A stretch of DNA of 64,000 bases from NCBI GenBank assembly GCA_964016885.1, contig OZ024740.1, forward strand, positions 297,042,001-297,106,000. Direction: 5' to 3'. Below are positions 27,069-39,432 of the stretch, piece after piece. A program made the translations under genes and the position numbers. The stretch is from Eledone cirrhosa (lineage: Eukaryota). Each line of letters starts with the position of its first letter. Positions within the stretch are counted from its first letter, which is position 1. The notes under the pieces are model-generated. The model did not search any database and was not told where the DNA came from. It saw nothing but the letters and a program-made list of their open reading frames with translations.

Positions 27069-29851
27069 TGTGATGATCGGGAGGAAGAGCCAGCTCATCA
27101 CTACATCGGCAGTGAAGAACACAACAAATGCTGCAGTAGGAGGAGTGGGTTTTGTGTTCAGTGCAAAAACCAATCTGTTGGTGAGGGAAATAATGCCTAT
27201 CTCCCCGCGAGTGTTGAGGGTGACCTTCAATGGAAACCCAAGTTATCTCAGCCTATAGTCCAACCGAGGGGGACAGTGATGTGAATGCGGAAGAGTTCCC
27301 TGAGGAGGTGTGTAGAGCTGTCAACACCACTCAGGCACACAATATCCTGTTTGTTTTGGGGGACTTCAATGCACATCTGAGTAAGGAGGGCAGTGAAGAT
27401 CCTTGCTGGTACTTCCATAACAACACCAACCGAAATGGAAGACTACTGAGAGACACCCTGCTGGAGGCGAACTTGATGGCGACCAACCTAAGGTTAAGGA
27501 AGAATCCGGGGAAGATGTGGACCTACATCTCAGATATGCACATGTCCAAGTCCCAGATTGATTTCATTCTGGTGAGGAAAAAGTGGCGGAATAGTGTTCT
27601 GAACACGGAACCATACAGCTATTTCATATTTCAGTACACTGGGTAGTGACCACCGGCTTGTTATGAGTGAGGTCCGCGTGAGCTTAAGAAAGAGCAAGGC
27701 TCAGCCCCGGAGAACAATCTATGACTGGGGAGCTTTCAAGGAAGATGATAAGCTACAGGAGAGGTTCACAGTGGAAGTGAGAAACAGGTTTAGTGCTCTG
27801 TGTGGAGAGTCAGAGGAGAGAGAGATTGGATGGACTGAGGAGAGTGTGACGAGGGGGTACGGGCACTTCACCAATGCAGTGGCGGAAGCAAGTGAAACCC
27901 TGGTGCCGAGGAAAAAGAACAAAGGGAAGCACGTCAGCTCTGCAAACCACAAAGTGTGTGCAGCCAGAGAACACCTGAAAGCTGCCAGGGACCAATTCTA
28001 TGCTGATCCTACGGAGGAGAGGATGGAGACTGTGGAGGTGATGAGGGAAGAGCTCTGTACCGCTTACACTGAGGTCAGAGAGGAGGCACTGATAGAGAAG
28101 ATCAGAAGTGTGGAGAGAGCGGTTGACAGATCTGGATGTAAGGAGAGCTGGATGATCATCAACGAGATCACAGGGAGGAAGAGAAGGTGTTCGAGTCAGA
28201 TCCAGGGAACGGGGCCCGAGGATAGGAAGAGGAAATGGCTAGACCATTTTAGGACCCTACTAGGAGAGCCACCCTCCACAGCCTAGAGCACTGGGGAGAT
28301 CAGGCGGCTGTTTGAGGAACTGGATGTTGAGACAGAGCCCTTCACCAGAGAGGAGCTTCAGAGAGCCAAGAAGAAGATCAAGGAGGGCAAGGCTCATGGA
28401 GAAGATGGAGTGGCATCAGAGGTGATGAAGAGGTGTGATTTTGATGATATCATCCTGGCGTTCTGTAACGGGGCACTGGAGAAAGGAGTTTCCCCGAATC
28501 AGTGGAGGATCAGTAACATCGTCCCAGTGTCAAAGAAGGGAGATCTCTCTAACACCAACAACTACCGGGGATCTCACTGACGTCACTTGTGGCAAAGACC
28601 CCCAACAGGATGATTCTTAACAGGATCCAGCCTGAGATGGAGAAGAAGCTCAGGGACAACCAGAACGGCGTCAGAGAGGGTAGATCAACCACCAGTCACA
28701 TCCTGATGGTGAGGAGGATATTAGAGGGAGCTAGAGCAAAGTGCCTTCCTGCGGTCATGGTTTTCATTGACTTTAGGAAGGCCTTTGATTCTGTGGACCG
28801 TTACTGCCTGATGAAGATCTTACAGGCTTATGGAATCCCCAAGAAGATAGTGGACCTGATATCACTGCTCTACACCAACACCAAGGCCCAAATCATTACA
28901 CCTGATGGGATGACAGAGTTCTTTGAGATACTGGCTGGAGTGCTCCAGGGAGATACATTGGCTCCCTACCTTTTTGTCATCGTAGTGGACTATTGTATGC
29001 GCCTTGCACTGGAGAAACACCAGGACTCTGGCTTTACTGTAGCACCAGCTCAGAGCAGGAGAGTTAGGGCGAAAAGGGTATCGGATGCTGAATTTGCCGA
29101 CGACATAGTTTTGGTGACAAATACAGTGAAGGAGGCAGAGGATTTGATGCGGGAGGTTGAGACTGTGTCGATGAGTGTGGGGCTGAGAATGAATGAGACT
29201 AAAACAAAATATCTGGTAGAGAATGTTGAGAAGCCAGAGGGGATCACTAATGTAGGCGGGAAGCCGCTGGAATTGGTTGAGGACTTCCTGTATTTGGGAG
29301 CAAAGATTGGGAATACGGAGGATGATGTGGTTGAGAGGAAGAGCAAGGCCTGGGCGGCGTGCCACAGCTTGAGATCGGTGTGGAAATCGGACCTTCGTAG
29401 AGACCTGAAAATCCGCCTCTTCATTGCTGTAGTGGAGTCTGTGCTGCTGTATGGGTCTGAGACTTGGACACTGACCAAGAAACTCACTCAGATGGTGGAT
29501 GGGTGCTACACGAGAATGCTGAGGATGGCTCTGAACACTAATCAGTATACACTGAGGATGAAAAACTCAGAGCTGTATGGAAGCATCCCAAAAGTCAGCT
29601 CAAAAGTGACACAGGGGAGACTGAGGTTGGCTGGACATGCTCACCGACATCCAGAGTTGACATTGCACTCAGTGCTCCTTTGGGAGCCCCTACATGGACA
29701 CACTAGAAGAGGAAGACCAAGGTTAATATATGTTGATGCCCTAAGGACAGACACTGGTCTGTTGGAGATGCAGGATATGGCAGCGATAATGAGGGACAGA
29801 GACCGCTGGAGAGAACTCGTTCATGGATCTCGGGAATTTTACCCGCCTTAG
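27069..29851 (+). mobile_element. RTE-clade LINE, 5'-truncated, frameshifted APE + RT ORF
   Basis: APE motifs ISAYSPT, GDFNA, IDFIL, SDHRL. RT motifs FIDFRKAFDSV, GVLQGDTLAP, EFADD, FLYLG. RTE C-terminus LLYGSETW, RLRLAGH, RGRP. Ends in (TA)n. Confidence 0.92.
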
Positions 29852-29862
29852 ATATATATATA

Positions 29863-29932
<70 letters not shown>

Positions 29933-30462
29933 TATGTATACGTACATACATATATGTATACAGACGTACAGTAGTATGTATATATATATATACATACATG
30001 CACACATATATATATGTACGTATGGATTCACCGAACATTTATTATAATGCTCGGTGTGTTTGTAAACAAACATCCCGAATTAAGCCGTACAGTGTCTAGC
30101 AACCATCGTTGCTCATTTGTTCAACACTGACAAAGGAACGCTGTACTAGTGTCAAGCTTATTAGCTATCGTCAGCAACGTATACCTTCCTGCCAGATGGT
30201 TGAATGTCTGAAAGTATATACTTTCCTTATGCATATTAACGGCTGAGCAGCCTAATTTATATATCGAGTGAGTTAATCGGCCGGGGAACCGAAAACGAAA
30301 AACGGAAAAAATAAAACGAAATTTCATTTCTCACTCTTAGTACGGCTGTTACTTAAATATATGTATGTATACGTACATACATATATGTATACAGACGAAC
30401 CCGTTAATGTACATAAGGAAAGTATATACTTTCAGACGTTCAACCATCTGGCAGGAAGGTAT

Positions 30463-30505
30463 ACGTTGCTGACGATAGCTAATAAGCTTGAAACTAGTAC
30501 AGCGT
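30463..30505 (+). ncRNA. Minimal hammerhead ribozyme (family H1, identical copy; a GACA-mutant copy lies on the minus strand at 30138-30180)
   Basis: Same sequence as 4313-4355. Confidence 0.8.
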
Positions 30506-30768
30506 TCCTTTGTCGTGTTGAACAAATGAGCAACGATGGTTGCTAGACACTGTACGGCTTAATTCGGGATGTTTGTTTACAAACACACCGAGCATTAAAT
30601 AAATGTTTGGTGAATCCATACGTTCATATATATATGTGTGCATGTATGTATATATATATATACATACTACTATACGTTTGTATACATATATGTATGTACG
30701 TATACATACTTATATTTAAGTAACAGCCGTACTAAGAGTGAGAAATGAAATTTCGTTTCATTTTTTCC

Positions 30769-30799
<31 letters not shown>

Positions 30800-31529
30800 T
30801 TCATGGCCATTGTCAGTGGACCGGAACAAGTTAAAATATTAAAGAATAAACTCACATACAATTACCCCACCTACCTTCTGTATTCTATATTGATTCTACT
30901 ATTGGCACAAGGCCAGCAATTATCCCAGTGTATTACTGGTCCTTTATTTTATCGATCCCGTAAGGATGAAAGGCAAAGTCAACCTTGGCGGGATTTGAAC
31001 TCAGATTGTAAAGGGACGTAACTATGCTGGAAAGCATGGCGTCCGACCCTCTACCGATACTGCCAATCCACCACCACAATATATACAGGAGTTGACAATA
31101 CAAATAAGAGTTGCTTCCCTTGCAATGGTTAATGTTACTATAATTTTATATTGATCTTTTACATTTCAGTCTCGTGTTAAATTACATTTAAATACGGATA
31201 AAAATGTTTGGTTTATGTCATCGTCGTTCTTGTGAGTGCGTACGTGTGTGCATGCGTGTGTGCATGCGCGCGCGCGTGTGTGTATGTGTGAGTGTATGTG
31301 TTTGAGTGTGTGTGTTTTTGTGTGTGCGTATGCGTGTTTGGTATGAGCATGTATTTGTGAGGGTTGTGCGCGCGTATGTGTTTGTGTGTGCGTGCGTGTG
31401 TGTGTGCGCGTTTGTATGTATGTGCGTATGCGTGCGCGCTCGCGCGCGCGCGCGTGTGTGTGTGTGTGTGTGAGTTGTGTATATTTGTGAGTCTGTGTTT
31501 GTGTGTAAATGCGTCTGCCTAGTGATTAG

Positions 31530-32180
31530 AGAGTATCTATCTTACAAGAATATCTTTAGGTCTCCTCCATTGTCCCCAAGTATTAGGAGACACAAGGCTC
31601 TATACTATGTATTATCGTAGTATCTATCTAACTCGGATATATTTAGGTCTCCTCCATTGTTCCCAAGTATTAGGAGACACAAGGCTCTATACTATGTATT
31701 ATCGTAGTATCTATCTAACTCGGATATATTTAGGTCTCCTCCATTGTTCCCAAGTATTAGGAGACACAAGGCTCTATACTATGTATTATCGTAGTATCTA
31801 TCTAACTCGGATATATTTAGGTCTCATCTATTGTCCCCAAGTATTAGGAGACACAAGGCTCTATACTATGTATTATCGTAGTATCTATCTAACTCGGATA
31901 TATTTAGGTCTCCTCCATTGTCCCCAAGTATTAGGAGACACAAGGCTCTATACTATGTATTATCGTAGTATCTATCTAACTCGGATATATTTAGGTCTCC
32001 TCCATTGTCCCCAAGTATTAGGAGACACAAGGCTCTATACTATGTATTATCGTAGTATCTATCTAACTCGGATATATTTAGGTCTCCTCCATTGTCCCCA
32101 AGTATTAGGAGACACAAGGCTCTATACTATGTATTATCGTAGTATCTATCTAACTCGGATATATTTAGGTCTCATCAATT
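31530..32180. repeat. Minisatellite, 87-bp unit, ~7.5 copies
   Basis: Near-identical units (atgtattatcgtag recurs at 31607, 31694, 31781...). Each unit holds a gtctcct/aggagac stem. Confidence 0.95.
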
Positions 32181-32541
32181 ATCCAACACGATAGAACATA
32201 CACATGACACCATTGTGGTATAATGCCAAATGTTTATAACATTTTGCCACTGATCACATCCGACACCCTGCTGCCAATCTCTTCGAACGTAATACTGACA
32301 TGAGTTCAAGTCCCGGCGTGGTCAACTTTGCCTTTCATCATTTCGAGGTCGATAAAAAAAAGTACCAGTCCAGTACTGGGTCGATTCAGCCTCTATAGAA
32401 AAAAATCAGCTGTGTTCAGAACTGGTGAGGGTTGGGATCCACCAGGTTTAAAAGTGCCCTAGACATGCCGTATGGCGGTGCCTCTATGACTTCACAAGGA
32501 GTTATGGGATCTTTATCCTTTATCCTTATATATATATATAC

Positions 32542-32723
<182 letters not shown>

Positions 32724-32948
32724 ATCAATGATATTAATAAATAGAAACTATTTTTATAAAACCATATTTATTCTATTATATATATATTTCAAGGGTACCA
32801 AAACTTTGGTACGCGCTCATCAGATAAAATACAAAGTTTGTTTTATAAATAGTGACATACCCAGGAATCCGACCTTAACGGTTCAAGTTCTGTTTGAACC
32901 GTTAAGGTCTGATTCCTGGGTATGTCACTATTTATAAAACAAACTTTG

Positions 32949-33011
32949 TATTTTATCTGATGAGAGCGTACCAAAGTTTTGGTACCCTTGAAATATATAT
33001 ATAATAGAATA
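32949..33011 (+). ncRNA. Minimal hammerhead ribozyme (family H5; mirror copy on the minus strand at ~32768-32830)
   Basis: tattttat-CTGATGA-gagc gtaccaaa gt tttggtac cctt-GAAA-tatatata-TA-atagaata. Confidence 0.75.
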
Positions 33012-33602
33012 AATATGGTTTTATAAAAATAGTTTCCATTTATTAATATCATTGATATTATACTCCAGAAAACTTGTCGAGTGCTTCGAATCTGTTATAA
33101 ATATATTTGTTGAATTACCAACAAATTAAATATCCCTTTGCTTATATATATATATATATATACTATATAACGAAGGAAATGTGGTATGGAACCAGGTGGA
33201 CCATAACGCACCAAAGTACTCAATACTTAGGGTAGTAGAGTAGGTAATAGGAACGAGTAGGACCCCGACGGCTGAGCTCAAGCCGTTTCGACGGCTAATT
33301 CTGGACTAAATGAAAATTTTTATCCTGGTATATGAATAGCCGAGCTTCTCAGGGGGTAATTCCATATATGGTAAAAGTGATTGTCACAAGGATTGGTCAA
33401 AAGTTTGTTGTGGAGACACATAATTCTATCATGGCAATTTGTGGAGGGAAGGGGTAGCTGAACCTGCCAGTAGAAGAAAGAGGGAGAGGGGGTGGAGGAA
33501 ACCCAGTCGTGCGTAGATAGTGCCAACTACAGCTGGGCAGGAGGTCAAAGAACCGATAGAATTATGTGTCTCCACAACAAACTTTTTACCATATATGGAA
33601 TT

Positions 33603-33698
33603 ACCCCCTGAGAAGCTCGGCTATTCATATACCAGGATAAAAATTTTCATTTAGTCCAGAATTAGCCGTCGAAACGGCTTGAGCTCAGCCGTCGGGGT
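33603..33698 (+). ncRNA. Hammerhead-like motif with non-canonical core (family H7)
   Basis: acccc-CTGAGAA-g.cggcta...tagccgtc-GAAA-cggct tgagctc agccg-TC-ggggt. All three stems and a GUC site are present, but the core reads CUGAGAA instead of CUGANGA. Confidence 0.55.
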
Positions 33699-34191
33699 CC
33701 TACTCGTTCCTATATACTATATATAGAGTTATAAACTCAAACAGTCTTTTACAATTAATTAGCTCAAAGAAAGAAGTATTTATGAGCCGTGAAATACAAG
33801 TTAATATAAATTAATATATGATAAACACTAATACAATCATATAAGTGTTTGTATTGCAAATGACCAAGTTAGCTAGATTGAAAAATACTAATTAGATTAA
33901 TACAGTTTGCCTGTCTCGATTTAAAATAATAAATCAATAAAAACAAACCCATATTGGCAATAGCCGTGATACCTGGACAAATTTAAATTTTAAAACCCAA
34001 ACCTGTTCCGTAGACAAATTTAAATTTCAAAACCCAAATAAGTTTCGCAACGATAAGTGAAAAAGTGAAAAATTCCATTTTCTGTGCTATTAATCTAATT
34101 AGTATTTTTCAATCTAGCTAAGTTGGTCATTTGCAATACAAACACTTATATGATTATATTAGTGTTTATCGTATATTAATTTATATTAACT

Positions 34192-34236
<45 letters not shown>

Positions 34237-34647
34237 CGAAGGAAATGTGGTAAGGAACCAGATGGACCATAACGCACCAAGGTACTCAATACTTAGGGTA
34301 GTAGACTGGGTAATAGGAGCGAGTAGGACCCCCACGGCTGAGCTCAAGCCGTTTCGACGGCTAATTCTGGACTAAGATTTTAGTCCAGAATTAGCCGTCG
34401 AAACGGCTTGAGCTCAGCCGTCAGGGTCCTACTCATTCCTATATATATATATATATATATGCGCGCCCGCGTGTATTACGAAATGCGCTTGCAGCCGAAG
34501 TGTATGATAAAGTTATATATGTATAAATACAGAGTGTGTAAGGAAGACTGCACCAGCGTGTATAAATATATGCACGTACCTAATATATAGGCATATAAAT
34601 ATGCCAGAAAATAAGAATCGCCCTGTAAATTGAAAAAAATTATAAAC

Positions 34648-34692
34648 ACCTTTGATCGATTTTCGGGTCTAATTGGACCCTCATCAGAAGAT
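34648..34692 (-). ncRNA. Hammerhead-like motif (family H8)
   Basis: atctt-CTGATGA-gggtc caatta gaccc-GAAA-atcgat-CA-aaggt. One deviation at the cleavage triplet. Confidence 0.55.
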
Positions 34693-36249
34693 CTGTATAT
34701 CATCCAATCAACCATAAGGAAACATGCATTTGCTCATATGTGCGTGTGTGTGCCGCTGTGTATGTCTGTGTATGTGTGTTCTTATTTCATCACTTACTCT
34801 CGGGTCTCGAATAACCCCACCTCACGCTTATTCATTTTTCAGATCTTTTTCCAACTATCCCGCTCTCATTCTACCCTTCCCCCTCCGCTTATTAAATTTT
34901 GCTAATCTATCTCCGGTGACATTTTATTTTAAGTGGTAGCATTCCTGCCACAATTAATTTTCTTTATACATTAAAAAAGATTATACATGACAAAAAAAAA
35001 GTATATTATAAGAAATCTCATACGTTATAAAATAAATAGGATGGGTTGGGGGTATGAATACGTAAACTAAACGACTAATTCTGTTTTTTTTTAAAATCAA
35101 CAGAGATAACCTACACAAATTACCGATTTTCTACGCCCACCGCTTATTCCATCTCCTCCACTTATTCCAATCCCCTGTTATTTAGGACCTGAGAGTATAT
35201 GATGAAAGTGAAGCCCCATAATAATAATTGTTTCTACTTTTGGCACAAGGCCAGCAATTAACCCAGTGTATTATTGGTACTTTATTTTATCGACTCCGTA
35301 AGGATGAAAGGCAAAGTTAACCTCCGCGGGATTTGAACATATAATAATAATTGTTTCTACTTTTGGCACAAGGCCAGCAATTACCCAGTACATTACTGGT
35401 ACTTTATTTTATCGACCCCGTAAGGATGAAAGGCAAAGTTAACCTCGGCGCGATTTGAACTCAGAATGGCAAGGGGCGTAACTCTATGCGTCAAAGCATG
35501 GCGCCCGACCCTCTACCGATACTGCCAATCCACTAATAATAATGATTCCTGATTTAGGCACAAGGCCAACAATTTTAGGGGAGTGGAAAGTCGATTAAAT
35601 CGACTCCAGTGCTTTAGTGGTGCTTTATTTTATCGACTCCGCAAGAATGAAAGGCAAAGCTAAACTCATGATGCAAAATGACGTAACTCTATGTCACCAT
35701 AATAATTTATTTCCTCCATCACCAATACCATTGCTACAATCGCTGCTTATGCTACCATTGTTGATACAACGGCCTGTGTTATTACTCTAACGGCAGTATC
35801 GGTAGAGAGTCGGACGCCATGCTTGGCAGCATAGAGTTACAGTTCTTTATGATCTGAGTTCAAATCCCGCCGAGGTTAACTTTGCCTTTCATCCTTACGG
35901 GGTCGGTAAAATAAAGTACCAGTCACGCACTGGGGTCGATTTAATCGACTTTCCCCCTTCTCCCAAATTGCTGGCCTTATGCCATTATTCTAACTACCAT
36001 TCTGTCTTAGGCCATCTGGCCTAGGCGTCACACAAAAGCCAATTCTTCACCGATTCGTTGAAATTCTATTTACTGCACTAAAAAAGACGATAATTCTAAC
36101 TTCTAATTCTACTTCTACTACCACTACTGTAATTCAACTTCGGTGATCAAGACATTTTAAAGTTGAAAATATTTTGGATAAAACAATGTTTTTATATGGT
36201 TTTTCATCATACGCCTTTTTGGTTTTCAGTTAACATCTAGTATTCCTTC

Positions 36250-38630
36250 ACAACAGACTAGACCATTCATTCTGGCCTACAATCAGATTTTCCCCAAGAA
36301 CATCGTTGCTCTTATTCCACAGTAGAACGCTAACGGGAAATTTCAACCGACTGCATTTACCAACTGGTAGAGAGCTTTGAGCGCCTGACAACATTCCGGT
36401 CCCGGATTGAGCGAGTGGCCCTGAAACAACTCCTGCTTCTGTAGTTGTGGCTCGGGAGTCAGCACATACAGAAGGGAGGTGGGAAGACACCTTAACAAAC
36501 CGAGTAAATAATCAGAATCGCTTCCGATAGAATACGATTTGCGTTGAAGCAATCCAGCCCCTGAAAACGGGACCAAACCTGGCTGACATGAGGCCACCCT
36601 GTAAATGATTATGATTGGCCTTATCAAAAGCATTCGATTGATCTAAATTAATCAGAGTTACATCGAAGTTAGGTTTACTCCCTATTTTCTCTATGATATG
36701 TCGCATGAAGTGCAGGTTGTTGTGAATAGACCTGATTGGGATTACGCAAGTCTGCACTTTCTGGGTCACGTTTTCAACGACAGCTATACCAGCACCTTGG
36801 CCAAAATCATAAACACTGTGTTGAATAAAAAATACTTTCAATTAATTCCCTCTTGTTTGTGTTTTTCCCATTAGTGTTCCTACTCAGCTCACAGAAATAA
36901 CGGTTCTACTGCCAGTTGCAATAAACAGCTGCCAGGACATCGATGAACAAGTTTGGCATACCTACATAAAGCTCGGAGAGCAGACCATCAAAACCGTGTG
37001 ATATGTGCCTCGTATAACCACTTAAAGAAATCTGTAGTTCAGTTGCTGTTATCAGCTTTTCGTAACACTCGAGACAGGAAATACAGTCCGCTACAATCAC
37101 TTTCCTCTAACTCTTCCCGAACTGTTGTATAAATTTTTGTTGGAAAGCCGCACACATCTTGGAATCGAACAGCACGCGCCAGTCTTGGTCCATCAAAGGT
37201 CAAATTGTGGTTTTATTGCCATGCTGCGCCTCTGCCACTTGGGTCTGTCGAACAGCTTCTGTTCCCTCGTGTCTCTGAGTACGTGATTTAGCTCTGACAG
37301 TGCAGCCTTCGTGTTTCGCATTGAAGAAATGGTCCAGGGTCATTCTCACAGCTAGCACGTCGGTTGCAATGAAACCCTAATCATCTTTTCGTTTAATTAT
37401 TAATCCTCCATATCTTCTATTTTTCCCTTTTGCTACTTCTTTGTTAAAAACTATTAATTCAAATTTAATCGCTCTTGAGAGCGCACCCTCACCTATTGCT
37501 GACGATTGTCCTGTCAACTGGCATTTAACTAAGATGCTAATCCTTTCTCTATAGTCTTTACGTACTGGGTTACTGTCTAACTGTTCTACCTAGTACGACG
37601 GTGTAGGACACACATTTGTCGCCTTAGTATACGGCCGTTTGTAATAGTGGACACCCTATGCAATCCCTATCTGCTAACCTTATAAAAAAAACTAAATGCG
37701 ACTTGGATGACTCTAAGCAATTGCCCCATGTCCAAATCGGCACATTCGGGAGATCTAGTCGGTACGTATAAGACAGTTTATACCATCAGGATCAGGCTTT
37801 TTAGGCTTTTACATCCCCTCTTCTATCACCTAACCTAACAATGTCTCTCTGTGCATCAATGATGCAGTTCTAGTCCCCTGCTAACATTAAGAAACGATAC
37901 ATTCCAAGAAAGCCTTCCTGTCTAAACGCACCACCGTCGCTACCATTCATATCAAAGACCACCAACTTATCATCCGAGTCCAGGAGGATTTTCTATATCT
38001 CGAGCGCCAGGCCTTTCTGAAACAGCACTGCTACTCCACCTACACCCAATCCCCAATGCGTAGATCTCAAAGTCGTCCAAAATGTGTGCTAGCGAGCGTA
38101 TATCCTAAATTCTGAGGCCATCCCATCAAACGATTTTGCTTCCGGGTGACCCTAAGGGCACATGCATTTATTCTACTCTTAAAGCTGCTGTGTCAACAGG
38201 AAAGAGGAAGAAGAAAAAGATGGGTGAGGCGCTACTTACCTTCCAGGTGGCCTTCACGCTAGGGTTTACAATGAATGAAGGAAATCCCCCCCCCCCCATC
38301 GGATTGTAGGCCACGCTCAACCCTACCCTTTTTAAAATGTGTGGCTTCTTGAAGGTACTGGTTTTACATGTCTCCTCCGTTGTTCCAATGTCATCACTCT
38401 GTGCTATGAGGGATATCAGTTCTTTGACTTTTTCACTAGCACAAAGTTTGGTGCTGTGAGCTTTGTTGTGTTTGTGTGTCTGTTTGCTAGTGTTGTTCTT
38501 GTGTTTAATTTCTTTTTGCTGTATGTAGTAGCGATGGTGGTATTGTGTTGTTGTTGTTGTTGGTGGTGGAGTAAGCGTTGTTGGAGACACGCCTGGATTT
38601 GCCAGTTTTGTGTATTTGCTTCATTTTAGA
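36250..38630 (-). mobile_element. Older, heavily decayed Tx1-type LINE copy
   Basis: LINLDQSNAFDK and DGL.SELYVGMPNLF..VLAAVYCNWQ align with the neighbouring element's ORF2. An ORF1-like Thr-rich tail lies at 38168-38590. Confidence 0.8.
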
Positions 38631-38639
38631 TAGTCTCAG

Positions 38640-39079
38640 GTTTTAGATAACTAGATGGTGATCTTTTGAGGGCTCAGTCCGTCTTGAACATCCAGCACAG
38701 AATGAAAGAGATCATAGACAAATATGGCCGAACGTATACGATCGTAAATACAAGAAGCCGAAATGGGGTTCCACTGAAAGGTCTTTGCAGTAACATTACT
38801 CAACAGAGTGCGTATCTCAGATATCAGGGAGTCTCTCCAGTTAGAGCCGCTCCTTCTCTGAATTGAAAGACCACAGCTTCGATATTACGGACATGTGAAC
38901 AGAATATCTAAGAAAAGAATTGCTGGGTAAATTGTACGGGAAAAACCAACCGACAGGAAACCCTGCAGAGGATCTCGAACAAGGTGGTTAGATAACATCC
39001 ATGAGCTCGGCTGGTCTCGCTTGAGGGTCCAGCCGGATCAACTGGAGACAGATGCTGCTGATAGGACACACGACCCGCC

Positions 39080-39130
<51 letters not shown>
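38640..39130 (+). mobile_element. Probable RTE-type LINE 3' fragment with (AAG)n tail
   Basis: Degenerate ..RG.RTRWLDNI..L-type C-terminus followed directly by an (AAG)n array at 39081-39130. Confidence 0.5.
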
Positions 39131-39132
<2 letters not shown>

Positions 39133-39432
39133 GTTCCGACCTGGAGAGGAATAGATGTCCTCGCAAAAGTTGTCTGAAAATATGTAGACACGGTAATATT
39201 CTAGATAAACACAGGGACCCCCAATAATAATATTTTTCTCCCCAAACTACCAAAACACACATCTATTTGTATATATGCGCTACAATTTATGTATATGTCA
39301 TCTAGAGACAGATGGGAGAGATGGACAGAGATATAGAGAGGGAGAGAGTTTGGTGTAATTGATATAGAGTGTATTTGAATTCATATAAAAACGATTAGAT
39401 ATATAGAGGGGGAGAGATTGATGTTTGTTGAT

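Noticed and set aside
31530-32180. CRISPR-like array (87-bp period with internal hairpin)
   Set aside because: Units are near-identical along their whole length with no unique spacers and no cas genes, in a eukaryotic context.
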